Shown here one piece after another: positions 47,483 through 56,158 of a stretch of 64,000 nucleotides of DNA. The stretch covers positions 523 through 64,522 of the forward strand of contig JAJFGN010000057.1 in assembly GCA_021776115.1 (NCBI GenBank). Direction: 5' to 3'. The stretch is from Kiloniellaceae bacterium (GTDB lineage: Bacteria; Pseudomonadota; Alphaproteobacteria; Kiloniellales; J153). Made by a program: the position numbers and the translations under genes. The stretch's first letter is position 1. Each line of letters begins with the position of its first letter. Below the pieces are notes generated by a model. That model saw only the letters and a program-made list of their open reading frames with translations, was not told the origin of the DNA and did no database searches.

Positions 47483-48658
47483 TCAGGCCGCGGCCGGCAC
47501 GCCGGTCTTCACGCCCATCCCGGCCAAGGTATTCTTGATCGCGCTCAGGGCACCGCGCATCTCCTCGGCGCCCAGGCGTCCAATGCAGCCGATGCGGAAG
47601 GACTCCGCGACGGTCAGCTTGCCCGGATAGATGACGTAACCCTTACGGCGCAGGGAATCGTAAAACACTTCGAAGTCAAAGTGCGGGTCGCTCGGCATGT
47701 GAAAGGTCACGATGATCGGGGCCTGCAGCGCGTCCGGCAGCAAGGTCTTGAAGCCAAGCGCGCGCATACCCTCGACCAGGATCTTGCAATTGGCGCGATA
47801 GCGCCCGCCACGCCCGGCGACGCCACCTTCGGCCTCGAACTCCGCAAGCGCCTGGTCGAAGGCCAGGATACAATGCGTCGGCGGCGTGAAACGCCATTGG
47901 CCGTTCTTTTCCATCGCCACCCATTGATCGTGGAGATCGAGCGATAGCGAGGGCGAGTTGCCCTTGGCCGCCTCCAACGCGGTACGCCGGGCAATGCAGA
48001 AACCCATGCCGGGCGAGCCCTCCAGGCACTTGTTGGAGGATGCGACCAAGGCGTCGTAGGGAACCTCGCGCGCATCCAGGGGAATGGCCCCGAAGGCGCT
48101 CATGGCGTCGATCAAGAGGGCGCGGCCGTGTTTCGCCACGATATCGGCAAGCGCCGCCATGGGATTGAGGACACCGGAAGTTGTCTCGCAGTGGACCGCC
48201 GCGACATGGGTGATTGCGGGATCGGCTGCCAGGGCCTTGTCGAGCGCGGCGGGATCGGCGGGCACGTCTTCCGGCGTTTCCTGAATCACCGTGGCGCGGC
48301 CGTAATAATCGCAAATCTTGGCCATGCGTTTGCCGTAGGCGCCGTTGATCAGGATCAGCAGCTTGCCGTCGCGCGGCACGAAGTTACCCAGCATGGCCTC
48401 GACCACGAAGGTGCCGCTGCCTTGCAGGGGCACGCAGACGTGGCTGCCCTCTCCGCCCGCAATCGCGACCAGGCGCTCGCGCATACGCCGGTTGACCTCG
48501 ATGAAGCCGCGATCGCGCGACCCGAAATCGTGGAGCATCGCCTGCTTGACCGTCGGCGAGGTGGTCAGGGGACCGGGCGTCAACAGCCAGGGATCGCCGG
48601 TTGGGCTCGCCGCCCCTGCACTCGCGTCACCGGGTCCGGCGGGCGGTTTTGAGGTCAT
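47483..48658 (-). CDS. phnW: 2-aminoethylphosphonate--pyruvate transaminase-like class-V aminotransferase
   Basis: N-terminus LLTPGPLTTSPTVKQAMLHDFGSRDRGF and PLP-lysine context ASSNKCLEGSPG, as in PhnW. Confidence 0.7.
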   Translation of the reverse strand: MTSKPPAGPGDASAGAASPTGDPWLLTPGPLTTSPTVKQAMLHDFGSRDRGFIEVNRRMRERLVAIAGGEGSHVCVPLQGSGTFVVEAMLGNFVPRDGKLLILINGAYGKRMAKICDYYGRATVIQETPEDVPADPAALDKALAADPAITHVAAVHCETTSGVLNPMAALADIVAKHGRALLIDAMSAFGAIPLDAREVPYDALVASSNKCLEGSPGMGFCIARRTALEAAKGNSPSLSLDLHDQWVAMEKNGQWRFTPPTHCILAFDQALAEFEAEGGVAGRGGRYRANCKILVEGMRALGFKTLLPDALQAPIIVTFHMPSDPHFDFEVFYDSLRRKGYVIYPGKLTVAESFRIGCIGRLGAEEMRGALSAIKNTLAGMGVKTGVPAAA

Positions 48659-48744
48659 AGTCTTCTCCCTGAACGTCTTGCTGCCTGGTTCGAATTTACG
48701 TGTTACCGGTCAATAGCTTGTCTTGCTCTCTTTTCCCACATTGT

Positions 48745-48816
48745 CATTGCCGGGCTTGACCGGCAATCCATCGGAGTTCCGGGTCTCGCTCGCCGATGGG
48801 CCCTCGGGTCAAGCCC
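48745..48816. repeat. Cluster of nested/alternative inverted repeats in the phnW-lysR intergenic region
   Basis: ATTGCCGG/CCGGCAAT (48746-48753 / 48760-48767), CCATCGG/CCGATGG (48768-48774 / 48793-48799) and GGGCTTGACC/GGTCAAGCCC (48752-48761 / 48807-48816). Confidence 0.5.
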
Positions 48817-48895
48817 AAGGGTGACCAAGGAGGTAGGCGTACCGCACGGTGGCTTTATTTTTCGGCCATGAGGAGACATAATTCAAATCCATGCT

Positions 48896-48914
48896 ACTTA
48901 TATGCTTTATAGGT
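48896..48914. promoter_or_regulatory. Candidate LysR-type T-N11-A box (ACTTATA-N5-TATAGGT)
   Basis: Imperfect dyad (6 of 7 positions) directly upstream of the LysR start codon, in an AT-rich divergent region. Confidence 0.3.
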
Positions 48915-48915
48915 T

Positions 48916-49794
48916 ATGTCGATAAACCACATCCACCTTCGCGCCTTTCACGTGGTGGCCGCCGAAGGCGGCTTCAGCCGGGCCGCCGCCGCCCAGCACG
49001 TTAGCCAACCGACCCTATCCGGCCAAGTCCGGGCGCTGGAGGACCGCTATGGCGTGAAGCTGTTCGAGCGCCGGGGCCGCGGGGTCGAACTCACCGACCT
49101 GGGCCGAGCCCTGTTCGATATCACCCGCCGCGTCTTCGCCCAAGAGCTGGAGGCCGAGCAACTTCTCGCCGCCGCGCGCGGCCTGACCAGTGGACAACTG
49201 CGGGTCGGCGCCGACGCGCCCTATAACGTCATTCCCATGCTCGCCGCCCTTAACCGGCGCTACCCGGGCATTCAACTCGCGCTCACCTTCGGCAACACCG
49301 AGCAGGTCCTGGACGATCTCATGCGCCGGCGCTGCGACGTGGCGGTCCTGCCCGACTTAACCCCGGACGAGCGCCTGCACGCGGTGCCGGTCCGCCGCGA
49401 CCGCCTGGTCGCCTTCGTCGAGCGCGGCCACCCCTGGGCGGCCCGGCGCAGCATCCGCCTGGCGGAGCTGGCCGATCAAAGGTTGATCCTGCGCGAACGC
49501 GGATCGAACACCCGCGCGGTGCTCGAGCGCTCCCTGAAAAGCGCAGGTATAAGCCTCGATAAAACCCTGGAAATCGGTAGCCGGGAAGCGGCACGCGAGG
49601 CGGTGGCCACGGGCCTAGGGGTCGGCGTGGTTTTCGAAAGCGAGATCGGACACGACGACCGCCTGCACAAGCTAACCCTGCGCGACACCGCGCTGGAGGC
49701 GGTCGAGTATGCGGCGTGCCTGGCCGACCGGCGCCGGGTGCGCACGGTGCGCGCCTTCTTCGATCTGCTGGGGGAGCAGACGGCAGGGCCGTGA
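48916..49794 (+). CDS. LysR-family transcriptional regulator
   Basis: N-terminal HTH (HLRAFHVVAAEGGFSRAAAAQHVSQPTLSGQVRALE) and a LysR substrate-binding domain. Divergent from phnW. Confidence 0.85.
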   Translation: MSINHIHLRAFHVVAAEGGFSRAAAAQHVSQPTLSGQVRALEDRYGVKLFERRGRGVELTDLGRALFDITRRVFAQELEAEQLLAAARGLTSGQLRVGADAPYNVIPMLAALNRRYPGIQLALTFGNTEQVLDDLMRRRCDVAVLPDLTPDERLHAVPVRRDRLVAFVERGHPWAARRSIRLAELADQRLILRERGSNTRAVLERSLKSAGISLDKTLEIGSREAAREAVATGLGVGVVFESEIGHDDRLHKLTLRDTALEAVEYAACLADRRRVRTVRAFFDLLGEQTAGP

Positions 49795-49862
49795 CGGACG
49801 CGAGGTGTCTTTGGGAGGCACAAGCCCGTGTATTCCGGGCGGATGCTCCGAATAGAGCCGGC
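49755..49862. repeat. Duplication copy A (intact LysR 3' end plus a degraded HxlR 3' end)
   Basis: 49755-49779 matches 50965-50989 at 24 of 25 positions. 49837-49862 matches 51112-51137 at 25 of 26 positions. Confidence 0.75.
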
Positions 49863-49870
49863 AAGCTGCG

Positions 49871-50875
49871 TCACCTGAGCGCACGGTTCAAATCGGCGCG
49901 CGGCATACGGCTCTCCCGGCGCTCGCGCCAGGCGACGTAGCATCCGGAAGCCGCGATCATCGCCATGCCTAGAAGCGATAGGACATCGGGAAAGTGCCCC
50001 CACATGACGGCGCCCCAGAAGGTAGCAAAGATCAGGTATGAATAATCGAACGGCGCAAGCCAGCTCGATTCGGCGCTCTGATAGGCCTTGGCCAGGCCTA
50101 TGTTGGAGACGAGATTCAGGCCCGAGCAGGCCAAGATCACGGCCACGACCCACAGCTCCAATCCATGCCAGCCGGTGAAAAGGTAAGGCCACTGCGCCGC
50201 AAGACCGCCTGGCTCCGTCAGCGTGGTTATGGCAATGCCGACAATGCCGACCGTCATGAACATGATCGAGACGCCAAGCGCGAGCGTCGCCGGGCTTTCC
50301 TCGCGGCAAAGCTTGCGCGTCGTCAGGATCGTCGCCGCATAACACAAGCCCGCGGCCACAGGCATGAGCGCAACCCACTGAAAGGAATCGGTGCCGGGCT
50401 TCAGGATCAGGAGCGTGCCGACAAAGCCCGCCAGGATCGCACCTATACGACGCGGACCGACATGCTCGCCCAGCAGCACCGCCGAAAGGACCGCCACAAA
50501 AAGCGGAAAGACGTAGAGTCCGGCCGCGATCTCCGCCAGGCTCAAGAATGGTATGCCGCCGAAGAACAATATCATCGCGCCGACAAGAAACAGGCTGCGG
50601 AGCGCCACCGCCCAGAGCCGCTTCGGGATCGGGCTGGCGTTGCCCCAGGCTACCCGCGACAGCAAGATCAGGAGCCCGATGTTGCACGATGAGCGCAATA
50701 GCTGGAACTGCCACAGGGAAACTTCCGAACTGGTCAGCTTAACCAGCGAGTCCTGCAGCCCCAGCAGCCACAAAGAGCCGACCATCAACATCGCCGCCAG
50801 CGGCGGCCGATCCTGGCGAACGCTTGCCGCAACGCCGGCAACCGCGCCGGGGTCCGCCTCGGCCGCGCGCTTCAT
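49871..50875 (-). CDS. DMT-superfamily transporter (EamA domains)
   Basis: 334 aa from the ATG at 50875, which has a GGGGGAAGAG ribosome-binding site. Ten TM helices. The longer ORF extending to 51277 is an artefact. Confidence 0.75.
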   Translation of the reverse strand: MKRAAEADPGAVAGVAASVRQDRPPLAAMLMVGSLWLLGLQDSLVKLTSSEVSLWQFQLLRSSCNIGLLILLSRVAWGNASPIPKRLWAVALRSLFLVGAMILFFGGIPFLSLAEIAAGLYVFPLFVAVLSAVLLGEHVGPRRIGAILAGFVGTLLILKPGTDSFQWVALMPVAAGLCYAATILTTRKLCREESPATLALGVSIMFMTVGIVGIAITTLTEPGGLAAQWPYLFTGWHGLELWVVAVILACSGLNLVSNIGLAKAYQSAESSWLAPFDYSYLIFATFWGAVMWGHFPDVLSLLGMAMIAASGCYVAWRERRESRMPRADLNRALR

Positions 50876-50964
50876 CTCTTCCCCCGACGAGCCGGTTGCA
50901 AAGGCTAATGGGACACTCTGTGTGGACAGAGCGCAAGCTCGGACGCGAGGGCGGAGACCGGCGT

Positions 50965-51137
50965 CTTCTTCGATCTGTTGGGGGAGCAGGTGGTGGGGGG
51001 TTAGGGTGTGGGCCCCTCTTCCACACCTGAATACCGCCGTCCCCAATCGCGCATCGCGGCGACGACTTGGCCGAGATCCTGGCCCTTGAGCGTGAGCTGG
51101 TATTCGGCCCGGGGCGGATGCTGCGAATAGAGCCGGC
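50965..51137. repeat. Duplication copy B (degraded LysR 3' end plus intact HxlR 3' end)
   Basis: See copy A. The LysR-like remnant reads VFFDLLGEQVVGG*. Confidence 0.75.
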
Positions 51138-51339
51138 TGCTGATGATTCCATTCGCTTGCAGGGTTTTTAGGCGCGCCGACAAGGTATTGGGCGCGATGC
51201 CCGGCATGGATCGCTCGAAGTCCTGAAACTTCCGCGCCCCCTCGATCAACAAGTCGCGCAGGATCAGGATGGTCCACTTTTCCCCGACGACGGAGAGGGT
51301 GCGCGCCACCGGGCAGGTCTTGCTGTAGGCCGTTTTCAT
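51001..51339 (-). CDS. HxlR-family winged-helix transcriptional regulator
   Basis: CPVARTLSVVGEKWTILILRDL and PGIAPNTLSARLKTLQANGII are typical of HxlR/DUF24 proteins. Confidence 0.85.
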   Translation of the reverse strand: MKTAYSKTCPVARTLSVVGEKWTILILRDLLIEGARKFQDFERSMPGIAPNTLSARLKTLQANGIISSRLYSQHPPRAEYQLTLKGQDLGQVVAAMRDWGRRYSGVEEGPTP

Positions 51340-51388
51340 CTCGCGAATATATCCTAGTTGACCATTTTCGACAAGTCTCTTGCTTTTA

Positions 51389-51401
51389 TATAGTCACTAT
51401 A
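51389..51401. promoter_or_regulatory. Perfect palindrome TATAGT-C-ACTATA between hxlR and the hydrolase gene (candidate HxlR operator)
   Basis: Read directly in the 100-nt AT-rich divergent intergenic region. Confidence 0.3.
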
Positions 51402-51440
51402 ATATATGATACTTCATCGTAACGGAGCGATGAGGTTGGC

Positions 51441-52424
51441 ATGCCGGTAGGTCGAATAGCGCGCGCGGCGGCGATCCTGGTATCTACGGCTTTGGCCGCC
51501 GGATGCGGGGCCACGGACACCCAATCCGATGTCGAAGCCTATGAGCGCGCCTATAGCGCCAAATACGATTACGAGACCCATTCGGTGCCGCGCGGAAACT
51601 GGAACCTCCAGGCGCGCGCCTTCGGCCCCAGCGAGGCGAACGGCAAGCCGACGATTCTGCTTCTCCATGGCTTTCCCGACAGCCTGCATCTTTACGACCG
51701 GCTCTCGCCGTTGCTTGGATCGGCGCGGCGAACCATCGCCTTCGATTTCTTGGGATGGGGGGATTCGGACAAGCCGGCCGATCATCGCTATGATGCGGCA
51801 AGTTTACGCGCCGACCTGGAAGCGGTAGTCGCGTATTTCAAGCTTGAGCGCGTCGTGCTCGTCGCGCACGATGCCTCTGGCTTTCCGGTCATCGACTGGG
51901 CGCTCGATAACCCAGAGCGAATCGCCGGCCTCGTCCTTCTCAACACCGTCTATATGCCATCGGAAACGCTGCGCCCGCCGGAATCCATCGCCTTGTTCTC
52001 AACGCCGGGGCTCAAACGCGACATCTCCGTGCTCGCATCAGGTTATTTCGATGGCATGTGGCAATCGCGTTTCATGGAGCAAGTCAGCCAATTCTATTGC
52101 GACCCAAAGGTCAGGGAGGAACACTTGAAGATCCTCTCTTATCAGTCCTTCGCGATGCGGCCCGCCTTCTTCGGCTTGAATGAAGTGCTCATCCAAGAAG
52201 TTCGAAGCCGACAAGGCGAGCGCGCACGCATGAGAAACTTCACGCCGCCGGTCCTTATCGTCTTCGGCGCAGAGGACCCCTCTCTAAACGTTGGAGTCGC
52301 GCGCGATTTCCACGCGGCGTTTCCGAATTCCGAACTGCATCTTCTGGACGGCGCCTGCCATTACGTCCAACTGGACGCGCCGGACGCGGTCGCGAAGCTC
52401 ATCCTGGGCGCGGACATGCAATGA
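51441..52424 (+). CDS. Alpha/beta-hydrolase lipoprotein (epoxide hydrolase / haloalkane dehalogenase-like subfamily)
   Basis: Lipobox LAAGC, oxyanion motif LLLHGFPDS and nucleophile elbow VAHDASG (HDxxG type). Confidence 0.75.
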   Translation: MPVGRIARAAAILVSTALAAGCGATDTQSDVEAYERAYSAKYDYETHSVPRGNWNLQARAFGPSEANGKPTILLLHGFPDSLHLYDRLSPLLGSARRTIAFDFLGWGDSDKPADHRYDAASLRADLEAVVAYFKLERVVLVAHDASGFPVIDWALDNPERIAGLVLLNTVYMPSETLRPPESIALFSTPGLKRDISVLASGYFDGMWQSRFMEQVSQFYCDPKVREEHLKILSYQSFAMRPAFFGLNEVLIQEVRSRQGERARMRNFTPPVLIVFGAEDPSLNVGVARDFHAAFPNSELHLLDGACHYVQLDAPDAVAKLILGADMQ

Positions 52425-52828
52425 GTTTTCCCGCCGCGACCGCCTTCTACGCGAGTCTCCTCGCCCTCCTTTTCGTGTTTCTTTCGGGGCGCGTGGCGCT
52501 CATCCGGCGCGAAGAGAAAACCGGCCTCGGCACCGGCAGCGAACGCTTGGCCCGCGCCATCCGAGCCCAGGGTAACTTCGCCGAGTACACCCCCTTTGCC
52601 GTTCTCCTGATCGGCTTCGTCGAACTCAGCGCCTTGCCGCCTGTTTGGCTGGTCCATGTCCTTGCGTTCACGTTTCTAACCGGCCGCCTGCTCCATGCCT
52701 GGAACGTCAGCCGGTCGCCCGAGAACTACCGCCTGCGCGCCGTCGCAATGCGGTTTACCTTTTTCACATTTATTTCTTGCGCGGGAATCCTGGCCACCAA
52801 GACCGCCATGCTTGCGCTGGGCGCGTGA
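52421..52828 (+). CDS. MAPEG-family membrane protein
   Basis: 135 aa with four TM helices. Contains RAIRAQGNFAEYTP. ATGA overlap with the hydrolase gene. Confidence 0.7.
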   Translation: MSFPAATAFYASLLALLFVFLSGRVALIRREEKTGLGTGSERLARAIRAQGNFAEYTPFAVLLIGFVELSALPPVWLVHVLAFTFLTGRLLHAWNVSRSPENYRLRAVAMRFTFFTFISCAGILATKTAMLALGA

Positions 52829-52840
52829 TATGCAAAAACC

Positions 52841-54910
52841 CTAGCGACTTCGCCAAGCCTGGGTGCGGGCAAAAATCCCCTTGGTGGCAAAGGCGTGGAC
52901 CAAACGCACCGTGGCGTTGGTGTAGAAGATCATCATGCCCATCGCCGCCGCCGGGGCGACATCGCCCGCGTCGTCCATGTTGAGGACCGCGACCGAGGCC
53001 AGGGTCGTGTCCGGACTGTAGAGAAAGACCACGGCGGAAACCGTCGTCATGGCATTGACGAAGAGATAGATCGATATATCCATGATCGCCGGCACGCACA
53101 CCGGCACCGTGACCCGCCCGAAGGTTCGATAGAACGGCTGCTTCAGCGATTGGGACACGGCTTCGAATTCCGGGTCCATCTGCTTCAAGGCGGTCACCGC
53201 GGTCAGGTGCGCGACGGTATAAAAATGCGTGACCGTGCACACGACCAGAATCGCCATGGTCGCGTAAATACCGTTCAGCGGATTCGCCGGATCGTTGAAG
53301 AAAAAGATATAGGCCAGGCCCAAGACCATGCCCGGCACCGCCATGGGCATCATGGCCAGGAACTGGAATCCGGTCCGGCCATAGGTGAAGCCCCGCCCCT
53401 TTTCCACCAGATAGGCGCCTAGAAACACCAGGGCGGTTCCGAATATGGCGGTATAGAAGCCCAAGCGGATGGAATTGCCATAGGCCTCCCAGCCGCCGCC
53501 ATCCATGACGTCGAAGTTGTAGTTGTTCAGGCTGAGCGACAGGTCGTAGGGCCAGAACTTGATCACGGCCGCGTATTGGCAGACCCCCAGAATACCGAGG
53601 ATGAAGACTGCAATCACGCCGCAATACGCCAGCATCAGATTATCGAAACGGCGATTCGGTTTCGCCTCGTAAGGGACCGCGCGCGCCGAAAGCAGCGCGA
53701 CCTGCTTGCGTTGCACCAGGCGGTCGACCGTGAAGGCGATCAGCGCCGGAAATAACAACACGACACTAACCACGGCGCCCATCTGAAAGTTCTGCTGGCC
53801 GATGACCTGTTTATAGATATCGACCGCCAGCACGTTGAATTGGCCGCCGATCACCTTAGGCACGCCGAAATCGGTGATCACCAGATTGAATACAACAAAG
53901 GCGGCGGAAATCAGACCGTAACGTGCGCCGGGCAAGGTCACCGTCCAGAAGATGCGCCGCTTCGGCGCGCGCAAGGCAATGGCCGCCTCGTAAAGGCGCG
54001 CGTCGGCGATGGCGAGCGCGGTGACGATGATGATCAAGGCATGGGGAAAGGTGAAAAAGACCGACGCGATGACGATCCCGATCGGACCGTAGATCTCGCT
54101 CGGCCCATAGGTTCCGTTGATCAGGCCTTGCCACAGACCCGCCACCGCCTCTTCGCCCAGCCCCCATTCCAAGACCTTGAGCACCAAGCTTTGCTTACCG
54201 AAGAGATAAATGAGTGCGATACCGGGCAGAAGCGACGGCACAAGGATTGGCACCATGGCGATGGCCTTGAACATCCCCTTGAAGCGCATGGAGCTGCGCG
54301 TGAGGGCATAAGCAAAGCCAAAGGCGAGAGTCACCGTCACCAGCGTGCTGATCAGCGCAATGGTCAGGCTGTTGTAGATCGAGGAGAACAGAGCCGGGGT
54401 CGAGAAATAGGACAGATAGTTGCCCAAGCCGGTACCGAGGCCCGGGCGCAGGGTCACACGGCGAAAATCCCCGCTTGAATACTCGACCCATTCGTCATGC
54501 GTGATCTGCTGGCCGCGGATCATGAATCCGCCGCTGGTCGGCTCGGTATTGCGCAACCGGTACCGGGTTTCGGATTGGAAGCTGAAATCGGGGAAAAAGC
54601 GGGTCGCCTGTAGACGCCCGTCGGCAGTCGTGATCAAGTCATTGCGGCTCAGAATGCCAAGCTCTTCACCGCGCTCCAGGGCGTTGAACACGGGCCCCCA
54701 ACCTTGCCCCTCGTCGACCTGAAACTCGATTCGCGCCGGCTGATATGCGTAGATCTCGAACGACTTCGACATCATGGCGTAAAGTGGCATCGCCAAGGTG
54801 ACGACAAGATACAAGCCGATCGCGACCATGAGGCCGCGCATGGCCCAATCGTCCCGGCCCAGTTTTGGCCGCACCCGCGCGGGCGCCGCCTCTTGCGCCA
54901 GGCTAGCCAT
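52841..54910 (-). CDS. Fused two-domain ABC permease (Fe3+ / 2-aminoethylphosphonate-type importer)
   Basis: 689 aa with two tandem permease modules, as in FbpB/PhnU-type proteins. In an operon with the ATPase and binding-protein genes. Confidence 0.75.
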   Translation of the reverse strand: MASLAQEAAPARVRPKLGRDDWAMRGLMVAIGLYLVVTLAMPLYAMMSKSFEIYAYQPARIEFQVDEGQGWGPVFNALERGEELGILSRNDLITTADGRLQATRFFPDFSFQSETRYRLRNTEPTSGGFMIRGQQITHDEWVEYSSGDFRRVTLRPGLGTGLGNYLSYFSTPALFSSIYNSLTIALISTLVTVTLAFGFAYALTRSSMRFKGMFKAIAMVPILVPSLLPGIALIYLFGKQSLVLKVLEWGLGEEAVAGLWQGLINGTYGPSEIYGPIGIVIASVFFTFPHALIIIVTALAIADARLYEAAIALRAPKRRIFWTVTLPGARYGLISAAFVVFNLVITDFGVPKVIGGQFNVLAVDIYKQVIGQQNFQMGAVVSVVLLFPALIAFTVDRLVQRKQVALLSARAVPYEAKPNRRFDNLMLAYCGVIAVFILGILGVCQYAAVIKFWPYDLSLSLNNYNFDVMDGGGWEAYGNSIRLGFYTAIFGTALVFLGAYLVEKGRGFTYGRTGFQFLAMMPMAVPGMVLGLAYIFFFNDPANPLNGIYATMAILVVCTVTHFYTVAHLTAVTALKQMDPEFEAVSQSLKQPFYRTFGRVTVPVCVPAIMDISIYLFVNAMTTVSAVVFLYSPDTTLASVAVLNMDDAGDVAPAAAMGMMIFYTNATVRLVHAFATKGIFARTQAWRSR

Positions 54911-56072
54911 TAATCGTGCTTTGAGGATAGACGCGAATGCGCTCTCGCGGCAGCTTGACGTGTAGCCGCCGCCCCTCTTCCAAACCGTGGCGCCGGACTA
55001 AATTGATCGACATATCCGCGCGAAGCCGTGCATCCGCGATCGCCTCACCGGTCAGTTCCGCCCGGAAGAACGAGCCCAGGAACTCCATTGAGCCGATCTG
55101 AACCTCGAAGGTATTCTCGTCGCCGGGCTCCACGTCCTGCAAGACAATGTCTTCGGGCCGCACGGCAATGGTCACTTCGGCGCCGGGCGCGATACCGCTG
55201 GCTTCGCATTCCAATTCGACGCGCCCGACGCGCACCCGATCCGGTCCCTCGGCGACGCCCGGCACGAAGTTCATGGTGCCGATGAAATCGGCGACAAAAG
55301 CCGTCGCTGGGCGCCGGTAGATTTCGACCGGCGGACCGATCTGTTCGATCACGCCTTGATTCATGACCACGATCCGATCGGCCATGGTCAGGGCTTCCTC
55401 CTGATCGTGCGTGACCATGACAGTGGTGACCCCGAGGCGCTGTTGCAGGCTCCGGATCTCGTGGCGTAGATGCACACGCACTTTGGCGTCCAAGGCGGAA
55501 AGCGGCTCGTCCAACAACAGCAGACCCGGTGAGGTCGCGATGGCTCGAGACAGGGCAACGCGTTGTTGCTGCCCGCCGGATAACTGCGCCGGATACTTGT
55601 CGCTTTGATCGCCGAGACCGACAAGAGCCAGAAGCTCAGCCACGCGGGCGCGGATATCGGCGCGTGAGAGCTTTCGGTTCTCCAGCCCGTAGGCAACATT
55701 CTTGGCGACCGTCAAATTGGGAAACAACGCGTAGGACTGGAACACGATGCCAAAGTCGCGCTCGGCGGGCGGCAGGGCCGAGATATCTTGGCCGTCTTGT
55801 TCGATCCGGCCGCTGGTCTGGATATCGAGGCCCGCGATCGCGCGCAGCAGGGTCGTCTTGCCACACCCCGATGGGCCCAGGAAACAGACGAACTCGCCCT
55901 CGTAGATTTCCAGGTTTATGTCATGAAGTGCGGTGAAGGTGCCGAACATCTTGCTCAGACGCTCGATGCGCAAGTACGTCTTCCCAGTCGGCGCCGGTGC
56001 GCCGGAAGCACCGCGCCCAGGGTCCGTTTCCGAAGTTACGGCGCTTTCGGCAATGGTCACCTTTTTCCCCAC
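54903..56072 (-). CDS. ABC transporter ATP-binding protein (PotA/FbpC-like with a C-terminal TOBE-like domain)
   Basis: Walker A GPSGCGKTT, signature LSGGQQQRVAL and Walker B LLLLDEP. GTG start with a GGGGA ribosome-binding site. Confidence 0.85.
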   Translation of the reverse strand: MGKKVTIAESAVTSETDPGRGASGAPAPTGKTYLRIERLSKMFGTFTALHDINLEIYEGEFVCFLGPSGCGKTTLLRAIAGLDIQTSGRIEQDGQDISALPPAERDFGIVFQSYALFPNLTVAKNVAYGLENRKLSRADIRARVAELLALVGLGDQSDKYPAQLSGGQQQRVALSRAIATSPGLLLLDEPLSALDAKVRVHLRHEIRSLQQRLGVTTVMVTHDQEEALTMADRIVVMNQGVIEQIGPPVEIYRRPATAFVADFIGTMNFVPGVAEGPDRVRVGRVELECEASGIAPGAEVTIAVRPEDIVLQDVEPGDENTFEVQIGSMEFLGSFFRAELTGEAIADARLRADMSINLVRRHGLEEGRRLHVKLPRERIRVYPQSTING

Positions 56073-56085
56073 CGCGAGTTAAGGC

Positions 56086-56119
56086 CGTGGGCCGCTACCT
56101 CTCTGTGCAGCGGCCCACG
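56086..56119 (-). other. Intercistronic stem-loop between the binding-protein and ATPase genes
   Basis: 11-bp perfect stem CGTGGGCCGCT / AGCGGCCCACG with a 12-nt loop and no T-run. This is the type of hairpin that stabilises upstream binding-protein mRNA segments. Confidence 0.5.
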
Positions 56120-56158
56120 AAACTCAAAGGTACATGCTCACGAAATGGAACGCGATTC

